Positions 40,808 through 60,236 of a DNA stretch of 64,000 bases are shown piece after piece. The translations under genes were made by a program, and so were the position numbers. Source of the stretch: the human T2T-CHM13v2.0 reference genome, Homo sapiens. The stretch lies in NCBI RefSeq assembly GCF_009914755.1, contig NC_060927.1; one strand, 5' to 3'. The notes beneath the pieces were generated by a model that made no database searches, was not told the DNA's origin, and was given only the letters and a program-made list of their open reading frames with translations. The number at the start of each line of letters is the position of its first letter. The first letter of the stretch is position 1.

Positions 40808-41199
40808 AAGTTATTTCTTAAATAACTTGCCCTTATTTCACTTTTCTTTTTCTTCTAGTTTAGAAGATTAAAGTTCCCATTTACTTATGAATCTTGTTCA
40901 AGGTTTGCCTTCTCTGTGAAATCTTCTTATTTATCAAAATATGAAATTAGACATGTCCCAATTAATCTTCGACTTTACTGCTATTATAACATTTTTCATG
41001 ATTGATTTGAATGCTTGCTTACAAGTTTATCTTCTGTATTAGTATTTGAAATTCTTTGGAAAAGGGGTTGAGTCATCAGTGTTGAAGTTATTTCTTAAAT
41101 AACTGCATAATTCTTAATAGTGATCCCTTTCAAATCCCAAAAGTGTTTCAATATGGATGATAAATTATACGGCAATTCTAAGTATAAATGGTAACAGTA

Positions 41200-41445
41200 A
41201 CAGCTAATATTCATTGAGTACCTATGTACAGGGGACTATTATAAGAGTTTTGCATGTATTAAGTTCTCCCTTTTTACGTCCGACAGTTTATGTAGATACT
41301 AATATTCTCACTTTACGTATGAGAAAACGGAGCCACTGAGAGATTGAGTGACTTTCCCAAGACTATACAGCTAACAAGTAGAGGAGCCTAGATTTTATCC
41401 TAGTATTAAGGTTCTAAAGCTCATACTTCTAAGTACTACTGATAC
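41200..41445 (-). mobile_element. MIR
   Basis: gctaatattcattgagtacctatg, gagaaaacggagccactgagagattgagtgactttcccaag. Confidence 0.65.
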
Positions 41446-41621
41446 TTCCTTTCAGCTATAAGGTGTGCACCCGATAATGTTCATTAACTAGCGAGACATA
41501 TTATTTTCTCCATTTTACAAATAAGAGCATTGAGAGAGAAATTCAGTTGCTACTTTTAAGCCATAAACTCCACCAGTCTGACTTTAGAATCCGTGTTCTT
41601 GATGTCTACTCCGTATTCCTC

Positions 41622-41690
41622 CCTGAAATATTTCAGAAATTATAGATCCTGAAATATTTCAGAAATTATAGATCCTGAAATATTTCAGGA
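41622..41690. repeat. 26-bp tandem repeat (about 2.6 copies) with palindromic core
   Basis: cctgaaatatttcagaaattatagat x2 plus cctgaaatatttcagga. Confidence 0.95.
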
Positions 41691-42451
41691 GCCCTTGGAA
41701 ACTGGAATTTTTAGGAGATTGCACATCAGACATCAGCAGAACTTTTTGTTCACTCTTAGGATGAGAACTGAAATATCGTAATAGAAGCTTTACCCTTCTG
41801 TAAGAGAGCAAACACAGTCTTGCATTTTTAACAGTTATGATTTCTAGGGTTCAATGAGAAAATATAATGCATGGTGTTAAAAGATGTGGGTTAAATTTGG
41901 ACCTTAGGCAAGTTTTTTTAGACCCTTTGTCTTCTCAGATATGAAAACAGAGGCAAAGCTAGGGAAATGATGCAGTCACTACAGCATTATTAAAGTCTAT
42001 GAATATTTTGTGGGTTTTGTCTCTAAAGAATATTAGGTTTGTCAACTAATTTATCAGTACCCCAACCCAGGAACCTGGGAGTAATAGCAAGAGGAGTTAA
42101 GGTTTTTCTGCTACACTTGGCCTCTAATAAGCAAACCTTCTATAGTCACACCTGGGGCTGCCATGTGCAGAACACAGCAGTGACCATCAACTGTAATATG
42201 TGATCCATTAAGTTTACCAACTAGAGATGCAAAATATTCACACATTCCTCTAGACTTTTCCTTGCCTACTAACACCTCATCTTCTGCATGTTGTGAGACT
42301 AGTCATATTCAGCCAATTAATATTCAGCCAATTAGGCTAAGGAAGGTTTACTCAAACAGCTGTTTAACATCTTTTCTGTACTTCTCACTCTATTCCCTGC
42401 AGGGAAGAAGAACAAACAACAAACCAATTGCAGTGTGTATAAGAAAATAAA

Positions 42452-42793
<342 letters not shown>

Positions 42794-43514
42794 CAAGGAG
42801 TCATGCAGGCTGTGGAAACACAAAGAAACACACAGACACATTGTGGTTTCCCCCCTTAACCCCTTAAGTGATTACTAGTTTCACAGTAGAAATGCATAGC
42901 CCCCACACAACTCCCTGTGCATCCTCTCCCCAAGACAACCTTGGAAGGCAGTTTCTGTTTTGTTGGGATTTTTTTTCAATTGGCAGTTAGCTTTCAATTT
43001 TAAAAACATCTTCTGGCCACTTGTAGCTATCTCCAGAAATGACAATATCAATTTAATTTTATAATAAACAACTTCCTTATGACTAGAAAAGCAAATCGAT
43101 CAATTAAGAAGCAGTGGAGAACAGGAAAAAAAAAAGAGAAAAACAAAGAGGAAAGGTTTCTCTCTGCTTTAGGTCTATTTCCAATTACAGTTCAATCATT
43201 ATTCTCAATTTTTAAAAATTCACTAAATATAAATCACCAGATTAAAGCTAGAATATGTTCTTATTGCCACTAGAAGTAAGAAGAAGAGGAAGGAAGGAAG
43301 GAAAGAAGGAAGGAAGAACAAAGAAAGTAAGAGACAGAAAGAAAGAGGAATGAAAAGAAAAGAAAGATTTATGTAAACTTCAAAGTGTTCAAAAATTTGA
43401 ATGGAAGCAAATATATGGAAAAATACCACATGCTTATGGATTACTATTGTTAAAGTGTTCATGGTACCCAAAGAGAGACCAAATTCAATGCAATCCTTAT
43501 CAAAATTCCAGTGG

Positions 43515-44991
43515 AAGTTCTAAGTTCTTTGAGAAATCTCTAAATTGCTTCCCACAGTGGCTGAACTAATTTACATTCCCACAGGCAGTGTATAAGCATT
43601 CCCTTTTCTTCACAACCTCACCAGTATCTGTTATTTTTTGACTTTTTATAATAGCCATTCTGACTGCTGTGAGACGGTAAATCATTGTGGTTTTGGTTTG
43701 CAGTTCTCAGATGATGAGTGATGTTGAGTATTTTTTTCATATGCTTGTTGGCTGCATGCATGTCTTCTCTTGAGAAGCATGTCTTCTCTTGGCTGCATGC
43801 ATGTCTTCTCTGTTCATGTTCTTTGTCTATTTTTTTGACTATTCTAAGAAAATTTTGGTGGGGTTGTTTGTTTTTTCTTGTAGAGTTGTTTAAGTTCCTT
43901 ATAGATGCTGGATATTAGACCTTTATCAGATGCATAGTTTGCAAATACATTTTCCCATTCTGTAGGTTGTCTGTTTACCCTTTTGATTGTTTCTTTTGCT
44001 GTGCAGAAGCTCTTTAATTATATTCTACTTGTCAATTTTTGTTTCTGTTGCAATTGCTTTTGGAGTCTTTATCATGAAATCCTTGCCAGGGTCTATATCC
44101 AGAATGACATTTCGTAGGTTTCCTAGGGTTTTTACAGTTTTAGGTTTTACATTTAAGTCTTTCACCCATCTTGAGTGAGTTTTTGTATATGGTGAAAGAA
44201 AAGGGTCCAATTTCATTCTTCTGCATTGGGCTAGCTCCTAGCGTCACTTATTGGTGATGCTTTTGTTCTCTCTCTCTCATTCTTTTTTCTTTTCTTCTTT
44301 CCTTCCTTCCTTTTTTCTCTCCTTCCTCCCTCTTCTTCTTCCTCTTCCTAATGGTTATACAAAAATATTAGAGCTTTAGTTTGGTATTGAATAGCTAGTT
44401 CTTTCCCCATTGCTTGTTATTATTGAATTTATTGACCCAGTAATCCTATTGCTGGGTATATACCCAAAGGGATGTAAATCATTCTACCATAAAGACACAT
44501 GCACACATATGCTCATCACAGCACTAGCAAAGACATAAACTCAACCTAGATGCCCATCAATGGAGACTGGATAAAGAAAATGTGGTACATATAAACCATA
44601 GAATACTATGCAGCCATAAAAATAGAATGAAATCATACCCTTTGCAGCAACATGGATAGAGTTGGAGGCCATTATCCTAAGAAAATTAATGCAGGAACAG
44701 AAAACCAAATACAACATGTTCTCACTTATAAGTAGGAGCTAAACATTAAGTAAACATGGACATTAAGAAGGGAACAATAAACAGTGTGGTCTATTGAAGG
44801 TAGAGAGTGGGAGGAGGGAGGGGATCTAAAAACTACCTATAGGGTACTATGCTGCTCATTACCTGGGTGACGAAATAATATGTACACCAAATCCCCATGT
44901 CATACAGTTTACCCATGCAACAAATCTGCACATGTACCCCTGAACCTACAATAAAAAGTTGAAAGGAAAAATAAATAATCAATCAATTAAA
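43515..44991 (+). mobile_element. 5'-inverted (twin-primed) L1PA15-16/L1PB-like element inside an older L1M: inverted part 43515-44431 (-), direct part 44432-44991 (+)
   Basis: Reverse complement of the inverted segment ends ..aaagaacttagaact and the + segment resumes ttgacccagtaatcc, adjacent in L1; TSD aaaattccagtgg / aaaatccaatgg. Confidence 0.8.
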
Positions 44992-45229
44992 AAAATCCAA
45001 TGGCATTTTCACACAAACAGTTTCAACTTCCCTTTCTTAATTATTCGAATGTTATTCTTTTAGTTGGAGGAAAACACCCTTCATGTGAGAATTTTATCTT
45101 CTACTTTTAAAAAACAATGAAGGTCAGAGTAATCTTTTTGCAACTGCTATTTTTTAAGTTTCTTTAATTCAAAATAGTCAATAAACCAGAGAAGCATATT
45201 TTTGGGTAGCATATTCTTAACTCTTTCAA

Positions 45230-45720
45230 TATAGTGGAATATTATTCAGCCTTAAGAAGGAAGGAAATCCTTTCCTTCATGACAGCATAGATGAACCTGG
45301 AGGACTTTATGTCAAGTGAAATAAGCCAAACACAGAAACACAATACTGCATGATCTCTTAAAAAGTGGAAGTAGAGAGTAGGATGGTGGTTTCCAGGAAC
45401 TGGGAGGTGGGGGAAATGGGAAGATGCTGGTCAAAGGGAATGAAATTTCAGTTATGCTGGACGAATAAGGTCTGGATATCTAATGTCCAGCGTGGTGACT
45501 ATAGTTAATAGTCTTCTATTGTACACTCAAAATTAGCTAAGAGTGTAGATAATAAACATTCTCTCCAAAAAAAAAAAAATGCTATGTGAGGTGAAATATA
45601 TGTTAATTAACTTGATAATGATAATTATTTTACAATACATATGTATATGAAAACAGCATGCTGTATACCTTTAATGTATACAGTATTTATTTGTCAATTA
45701 TACCTCAGTAAAGCTGGGGG
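45230..45720 (+). mobile_element. L1MA/MB 3' end
   Basis: gatgaacctggaggac, gtggtgactatagttaata, gtcaattatacctcagtaaagctgg. Confidence 0.75.
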
Positions 45721-46799
45721 TCAGGGGAGCAAAGGAGAACAAATATACTGACTCAAGTTTTGTGAGACCCAGTCTGGATACTAGTTTAGTGATTACTTTG
45801 TAGATAGACATCATCTGGAATTAGGCATATTGCCTTTCTATGTTTGGTAAATAAACAATATTAATCTAAATAGGGAGATTTATTTAGAATTAATATTACA
45901 CATATTGCTTAAGAGAATAACAGCTACATATGAAGCACATTATACAAAATAGAGTTCCAACACAATTAATACGCTATTTACATGTATACTTTATTTAAAC
46001 AACTAATTCTTCCTGACACAAGGAATTAGTAGGTTTGCTCATTTTTCTGCTCATCTCTCCAAATGACCTGTCTTTACTTTCTTTAAATTTCACTTTGCTT
46101 TGCCTTCACTCAGAGTGGAAAGAACTATTTTTATCCTTTAGGTACCTACTCTTTCTGATGGAAAAGCCTAGCTTCCTGCTAGAGTCACCAGAGAGACATT
46201 CACCTCAAGAAATAAGATTTCGGTCTCTAGTACACTTATAGTAATGCAAATAGAATCCAGTAGACCTCTGCCCTTTTAAATCCAGCAGCAGGAACCCAGC
46301 AGTTGTTCCTCACACAGCCCAGCTCAGCTGCCCACAGCACTAGTATTGCTTACCCACTTTTCTAAGAAATGGAGTACACTGTGGGATTTTTTGTTTTGTT
46401 TTTTGTAGTTCTTACTATCTTACAACAGGCATTTTATTCTTCTTAAAAACAATGAATTTATTTCAGTAAGGTAAATACATATGTGTCAGGAAGAACTTTT
46501 TTGAAATCATTTCTCTTTAAAATTTAGTCCTGACCAAATTTCTCACTGCCTGGACAGAGAAATAAACAGTAAAAATCATTACTATAAAAGGATCAGTAGA
46601 CATGTACACATGGTAGAACCATGTCCCTAGGTTGTTGGTGGTGGTGTTTTGCTATGTTTTCTTTTTGGAGATGAGAAGGGTAGTCAGAAATATTTTCGAT
46701 GAATGTAATCTTTAAACTTTAATTTAAAATGTGAATAGGAATTTCTTCTAGGTAGAGAAAGCAATTTCAAGACAACTTCCATTCATGCTTTCAATCAAT

Positions 46800-51120
<4,321 letters not shown>

Positions 51121-51877
51121 ATACCTATTATTACAGTTATACAAAGAATGAAGTGGTCAAGAGAGGTGACTATCAAGCAATAAAGAGATTGCTATGCCAA
51201 CGTATGGCATTTCCAATTTAATTGGTAGATGTAGTAGAGTTATTGAACATTTATAAAATAGAGAAGACTCATGATTAGATTTAGATTTTGGAAAGAGCAT
51301 CCAGGTAGTGATATAATAAGACACAAAACAAGAGCCAAATAAATCAATTATGGATCCAGTATAAACAAATAGGAAAATATTGCAAAACGTATGATAGATA
51401 AAGAGTTACAATGTTAATAAACCAGGAACTCTTGTGTATAATGGAGGGGACCTGAAAGAGCAAACCAATAGAAACATTGGCAAATATGTAAACAGATATT
51501 TAACAAAACAAGAAATATAAGTAGTCAAGAAGAGATAATGATACATAAAAAGATATTCAACTCACCATTAATCTCAAATGTGGACATTTAAAAAATGCCA
51601 TTTTTGTCCAAACAATTGGCATAAACAACAACAGCAAAAACGGGCAACCTGGCATTTATGAAGGTAGGGGAAGGAGGCACTTTCAAACAGTTGCAGAAAA
51701 TGTAAATTGCTGAAATTCTTCAGAAAGTCAAGTAAAAATTTTGATGCCAAGAGAGTGTTTGGTTCAGAGTGAATTTCTCTGTTTACCTTGTTTCTGCCCT
51801 TCCCTAACTGCATTTTGCATATGGCTTTGGCATAGCAGTGCTGCAAACCTACAGTTCCCTAAGATCATTTATGGTAG

Positions 51878-52900
<1,023 letters not shown>

Positions 52901-53390
52901 CTAATTGCACATTTTCAGCATATGAGTTGATCAGTGTTGTTTTAGAGGTAGACCTTTTTGGTTGAGCCTCTTGTGTGCACAGGAAGATTATCTGATACAA
53001 ACCACACCACCTCCTCTTTCAAACTGCCTTGTAGGTTGGGAGAGTTTCCCAACAAGGCACCAAGGACAAAGGTTGCCTGAAATACCACTTGTAGGGGCAG
53101 TAATGTGTAGCGCTTATGAGGACGGGGCCAAAGGTTTCTGCCACTTAGCTGTGTGACCTTGGGCAATACTTAAGTTCTCTGGCCTGTTTCCTCAATGGGG
53201 ATATTGATAGTCACCTACATGATCGTGTTGTTGCAAGAACCACTGGCACCCAATAGATGTTTTCTGTCATTTTTACTATAAATAATCTAAGATAAAAATG
53301 ATATTGGCCTAAAATATGGCATAGAAAATGAAGGAGTGAGGGGTTATGGAAAAGAAAGCTTAAATGGGGCCTTGGCCATGCTTGTTTTTC

Positions 53391-53694
<304 letters not shown>

Positions 53695-55149
53695 TGGCCA
53701 TACTTGTTTTTCTTTAAGTGTAGTCTGAAAGTGTTCAGACAAAAACAAGAGCCATTTAGTTTCTAATATTTGTATGTTTGTTTATAACAGTTCTCAAGAA
53801 AGTATGCTTTTCTGAGAACTCAAATGCGTGATAATTCCCTCAGGAATTGAGATTTGGCAAATCTATATTTTCAGTAACCTAGTGTGATCTCTTTTGTAAT
53901 ATTTTACAATCTTTAAAACCTTTAGTCTCACTTGTATCATGTTGCTTTTGTGATGTTCAGACTACGAGTTAATCTTGTCACTTAATTCATAACAAGCCCA
54001 TAAATCTTGCTCAGCATTCAGAAAATGACACTTTTAGCACATTTCCCTATTTCAGGGACCAGGGGGTACAGTTTGATCCTAAATGAATAAGATGCAGTAC
54101 AAACTGTGTGGATTCCATCTCTGTGGATTCTCCTACTCTTGCTTCCTTCTAATATTTCATTCATTTTCAAAGTTAGACCTGTCTTCAATTCCCCTTCAGC
54201 TCCTGGCACTCTTGACTGATTTCTTTTGAGTCTACTACTTTCTGTCTTTCCCAGTGAAAGCTATAAGACTTTGTCAAGCTGTGCTCTAAGTTTATTTCCC
54301 CAAAGCCTTTCAACTGTGTCTGCGTCAAGGCCTCAGGCATCCGGTGTTTCTCCTTTAGTGGAATGCCAATTTTAAAGAGATGAAAAGCATAGTATGGAAC
54401 CCTTTTAATATTTGGTTTCATGACTAGATATGCCAATCTCATTGGAACAAACTTGGAATATCATTAATTAAAACCAACTTATCACCCAGTTTATTTATAG
54501 TATATATGAATAATATTTGCAGCTCACTGGAGGGATAGTATATTAATTTGGACTTTTCTTAACCTCAAATTACAGCAGCCCACTCCAGCCAACTTAAGAA
54601 ACCCAGGATTCAAGGATGTTTCATAGAATACACGGCCAGAGAATCAGACAAGCCTTTGAAATGAACAGGATTTCTTTAACCTCTCCTTCCTTCTGCCAGT
54701 TTGTTTTATTTCTCTCTCACATTCATCAACTCTCACCTTCCTAGCCACCCAGAAACCCTGATTTGTCTAATTTGTAAACACTGTGGAAAATATGGCCACC
54801 AAGGACATATCTAATACTAAATACCCAGAGAAAAGTCACCAATGCCTCCTACCTTCCAGCTTATGTCAAAGAGATAACAGCTCTTGAATAAATAACCACT
54901 GTTAAACAGATGTTGTATGTGGTAAAAGCATTGTGGCCTAGGAGAACTACGTTAACTAAGTAGAAAGACTGTAGAAAGGGCAGAACCTAGTAAAGTGTAA
55001 TTGAGAAGGCAACCAACAGGAAGGCTGCACTACTTCCTTTAAAAGAAGAATAACCCCTGAGGAAGATGTTGCCTTGTGTAGTGTATGGCTATTGTGTTGG
55101 CTGCCATCCTCTACTAATTAATAAAGGGAAAAAAATCAATCAAGATCTC

Positions 55150-56185
<1,036 letters not shown>

Positions 56186-59100
56186 TCAGCCTGATAACTT
56201 CAGTCAGTGGCAGCTCTGCTTTTCTCTCGGGAGAAAGTCCCAGAGATGACCCACAGGCTTTCTTTCATTGCCACTGCAGTGGTCCCACCTTTGCTGCCCT
56301 TGGCCTGGGGAAAAAAACAAAGGCCCTGATTGCTTTGCTGGTAACTCTAGCATGCCACAGCCACCATTTAGTGAAGAGTCCAGTCCCTCTTTTCCTGTGA
56401 GACCCCGAGTCCCTGCTCTTCACCAGGCAGGGCCTCCAGTTTGGAAATTAAACAATCTGTTCTTGAATGACTTTGGGATAAAAAATAAAATTAAAGCAGA
56501 AATCAAGAAATTATTTGAAACTAATGAGAACAAAGATACAACATACCAGAATCTCTGGGATGCAGCTAAAGCAGTGTTAAGAGGAAAGTTGATACTAAAA
56601 ATTTTTACTAAACACCCACATCAAAAAGTTAGAAAGATCTAAAGTTAACAAACTAACATCATACTAGTGGAACTAGAAAACAAGAGCGAAGCAACTTCTA
56701 AGCTAGCAAGGAAAAGAAGTAACCAAAGTCAGGACTAAACTGAATAAAAAGGAGATGAGAAAAAACATACAAAAAATCAACAACACCAAAAATTGGATCT
56801 TTGAAAGCATAAATAAGATTGATCAGCTGCTAGCTAGGCTAATAAAGAAAAAAGAGAGAAGGTCCAAATAAACACAATCAGAAATGACAAAGGGGGCATT
56901 ACCACCAACCCCACAGAAATACAAAAAACCCTCAGAGAATATTATAAACACTTCTATGCACACAAACTAGAAAATTTAGAGGAAATGGGTAAATTCCTGG
57001 AGACATACAACCTCCCACAACTGAACCAGGAAGAAATTGAAACCCTGAACATACCAACAAGTTCTGAGATTGCATCAGTAATAAAAAACTTACCAGCTAG
57101 AAAAAGCCCTGGACCAGACAGATGCACAGCTGAATTCTACCAACATATATAGAAGAGCTGGTATCAATTCTACTGAAACTATTCCAAAACATCAAGGAGG
57201 GACTCCTCTCTAACTCATTCTGTGAGACCAATGTCATTCTGATACCAAAACCTGGCAGAGACACACACAAAAAAGAAAACTTCAGGCCAGTATCCCTGAT
57301 GAACATAGACACAAGAATTCTCAACAAATACTACCGAAGTGAATCCATCAGCACATCTAAAAGCTAATCCACCAAATTCAAGTAGGTTTTATTTCTGGGA
57401 TCCTAGGTTGGTTCAACATATGCAAATTAATAATGTTATTCATCACATAAAGAGAACTAAAACAAAAACCATACGATCATCTCAATGGACACAGAAAAGT
57501 CTTTTGATAAAATTAAACATTCCTTAGTATTAAAAACCCTCAACAAATTAGGCATCAAAGGAACATACCTGAAAATAATAAAAGCCACCTATGACAAACC
57601 CATAGTCAAAATCATACTGAATGGGAAACAGCTCAAACCATTCCTCTTGAGAATTGGAGCAAGACAAGAATAACCACTGTCACTATTCCTAGTCAACCTA
57701 GTGCTGGAAAACCTCACCAGAGCTATCAGGCAAGAGAAGGAAATCAAAGGCATCCTAATAGGAAGAAAGGAAGTCAAACTATCTTTGTTTGCAGATGATA
57801 TAATTTTATAACTAGAAAACCCCATAGTCTCTGCCCAAAGACTCCTTGATCTGATAAACAACTTCAGCAAAGTTTCAGGTTACAAAATCAACGTACAAAA
57901 ATTGATAGCATTTCTATACACCAATAGTGTCCAAGCTGACAGCCAAATTAAGAATGTAATCTCATTCACAATAGTCACAAACAGAATAAAATACCTAGTG
58001 ATATGGTTTGGCTGTGTCGCCACCCAAATCTCATCTTGAATTGTAGCTCCCACAATTTTCACGTGTCATGGGAGGGGCACAGTGGGAGGTAATTGAATCA
58101 TGGGGGTGGGTCTTTCCCATGCTGTTCTCATGACAGTAAGTCTGACAAGATCTTAAAGGTTTATAAAGAGGAGTAAGATGTGACTTGCTCCTCCTTGCCT
58201 TCCACCATGACTGTGAGTCGTCCCCAGCCACATGCAATTGTGAGTCTATTATACCTCTTTTTCTTTATAAATTACCCTGTCTTGGGTATGTCTTTATCAG
58301 CAATGTGAGAATAAACTAATATGCCTAGGAATACAGCAAACCAGGGAGGCAAAATATCTCTACAATAAGAATTAAAAAACATCGCTGAAAGAAATCAGAA
58401 ATGACACAAATAGAAAAACATTTCATGCTCATGGATAGGAACAATCAATATTGTTAAAATGGCCATACTGCCCAAAGCAATTTATAAATTCAATGCTCTT
58501 TGTATCAAACTATCAACAACACTCTTCACAGAACTAGAAAAAAAAGAATTTTAATTTACATAGAAACAAAAACAAGAGTAAATAGCCAAGGCAATCCTAA
58601 GCAAAAAGAACAAAGCTGAAGGCATCACATTACCCAGCTTCAAAGTATGGTACAGGGCTACGGTAACCAAAACAGCATGATATTGGTACAAAAACAGACA
58701 TGTAAACCAATGGAACAGAAGAGAGCCCAGAAATAATGCCACACACCTATGACCATCCGATCTTCAACAATCCTGACAAAAATAAGCAATGGGAAAAAAG
58801 ACTTTCTATTCAATAAATGGTGCTTGAATAATTGGCCAACCATATACAGAAGATTGGAACTGGACCCCTTCCTTATACCATATACAAAAATCAACTCCAG
58901 ATGGATTAAATACTTAAATGTAAAACCCAAAAACCATAAAAATCCTGGAAGACAACCTAGAGAATACCATGCGGGACATAGGAACAAGCAAAGATTTCAT
59001 GACAAAGATACCAAAGCAAGCACAACCAAAGCAAAAATTGATAAATGGGATCTAATTAAACTTAAGAGCTTCTGCACAGCAAAAGAAACTAACAACAGAG

Positions 59101-59996
59101 TAAACAGAAAACCTACAGAATGGGGGAAAAATTTTGCAAACTATGCATCTGACAAAACTCTAATATCCAGCATCTATAAGAAACTTAAGTTTACAAGAGA
59201 AAAACAGACAACGCCACTAAAAAGTGGGCAAAGGACATGAAGACAGTTTTCAGAAGAAGACATAGATGCAAACAAGCATATGAAGAAAAGCTCAATATCA
59301 CTGACCATTAGAGAAATGCACATCAAAACCTCAATGAGATACCATCTCACAACAGTCAGGATGGTAACTACTAAAAGATCAAAAAATAACAGATGCTGGT
59401 GAGATTGGGTAGAAAAGGGAACACTTATACACTGTTGGTGGGAGTGTAAATTAGTTCAACCATTGTGGAAAGCAGTATGGCAATTCCTCAAAGAGCCAAA
59501 AGCAGAATTACCATTTGACTCAACAATACCATTACTGAGTATATATCCAGAGGAATATAAATCATTCTACCATAAAGACACCTGCACGCAAATGTTCATT
59601 GCAGCACTATTCACAAAGCAAAGATATGGAATCAACCTAAATGGCCATCAACGACAGATTAAATTAAAACGTGTGGTACATATACACTGTGGAATACTAT
59701 GCAGCCATAAAAAAGAATGAGATCATGTCTTTTGCAGAAACATGGATGGAGCTGAAGGCTATTATCCTTAGCAAACTAATCCAGAAACAGTAAATCAAAT
59801 ACTGAATGTTCTCACTTATAAGTGGGATCTAAATGATGAGAACTCATGAAGAAAAAGAAAGAAACAACAGACACTGGAGTCTACTTGAGGGAGGAGGGTA
59901 GGATAAGGGAGAAAAGCAGAAAAGATAACTGTTGGGTACTGGGCTGAATACCTGGGTGATGTAATAATCTGTACAACAAACCTCTATGACAAGAGT
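56186..59996 (+). mobile_element. L1PA13-16-like element: probable 5'UTR piece fused to post-endonuclease ORF2, 3' end cut off at the NUMT
   Basis: GC-richer segment to 56439 then [23 protein letters not shown]; tttgcagatgat; 3'UTR ctgggtgatgtaataatctgtacaacaaacc. Confidence 0.8.
57999..58323 (+). mobile_element. THE1 solo LTR inside L1
   Basis: tgatatggtttggctgtgtc.ccacccaaatctcatcttgaattgtagctccc; 5-bp TSD cctag. Confidence 0.88.
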
Positions 59997-60038
59997 GGTA
60001 CTAGGGAGGTTAAAGTAAGGGAGGAGAATATATTTTAT

Positions 60039-60109
60039 TACCTTTACTTGGAGTTGAACCAATGTTTTTGGTTCCTAAGATCAATAGATAACTCCTATCC
60101 TTTAAAAGT
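60039..60109 (-). tRNA. NUMT mt-tRNA-Leu(CUN) pseudogene
   Basis: ACTTTTAAAGGATAGGAGTTATCTATTGATCTTAGGAACC..; anticodon TAG. Confidence 0.88.
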
Positions 60110-60168
60110 TGAGAAAGCCATATTGTTAAATATGGGGGCATGAGTTAGCAGTTCTTGCATACTTTCTT
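60110..60168 (-). tRNA. NUMT mt-tRNA-Ser(AGY) pseudogene
   Basis: AAGAACTGCTAACTCATGCCCCCAT..GGCTTTCTCA; 59 nt, anticodon GCT. Confidence 0.9.
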
Positions 60169-60236
60169 GGTAGGTAAGAAGCTGTAGACTTCTATTATTA
60201 GATCCACAATCTAATGTTTAATTAAACTATAACTAC
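60169..60236 (-). tRNA. NUMT mt-tRNA-His pseudogene
   Basis: TATAGTTTAA..TAGATTGTGGATCTAA; anticodon GTG. Confidence 0.88.

Noticed and set aside
41622-41690. Palindromic direct repeats as a CRISPR-like array
   Set aside because: The intervening sequences are identical rather than unique spacers, no cas genes, primate DNA
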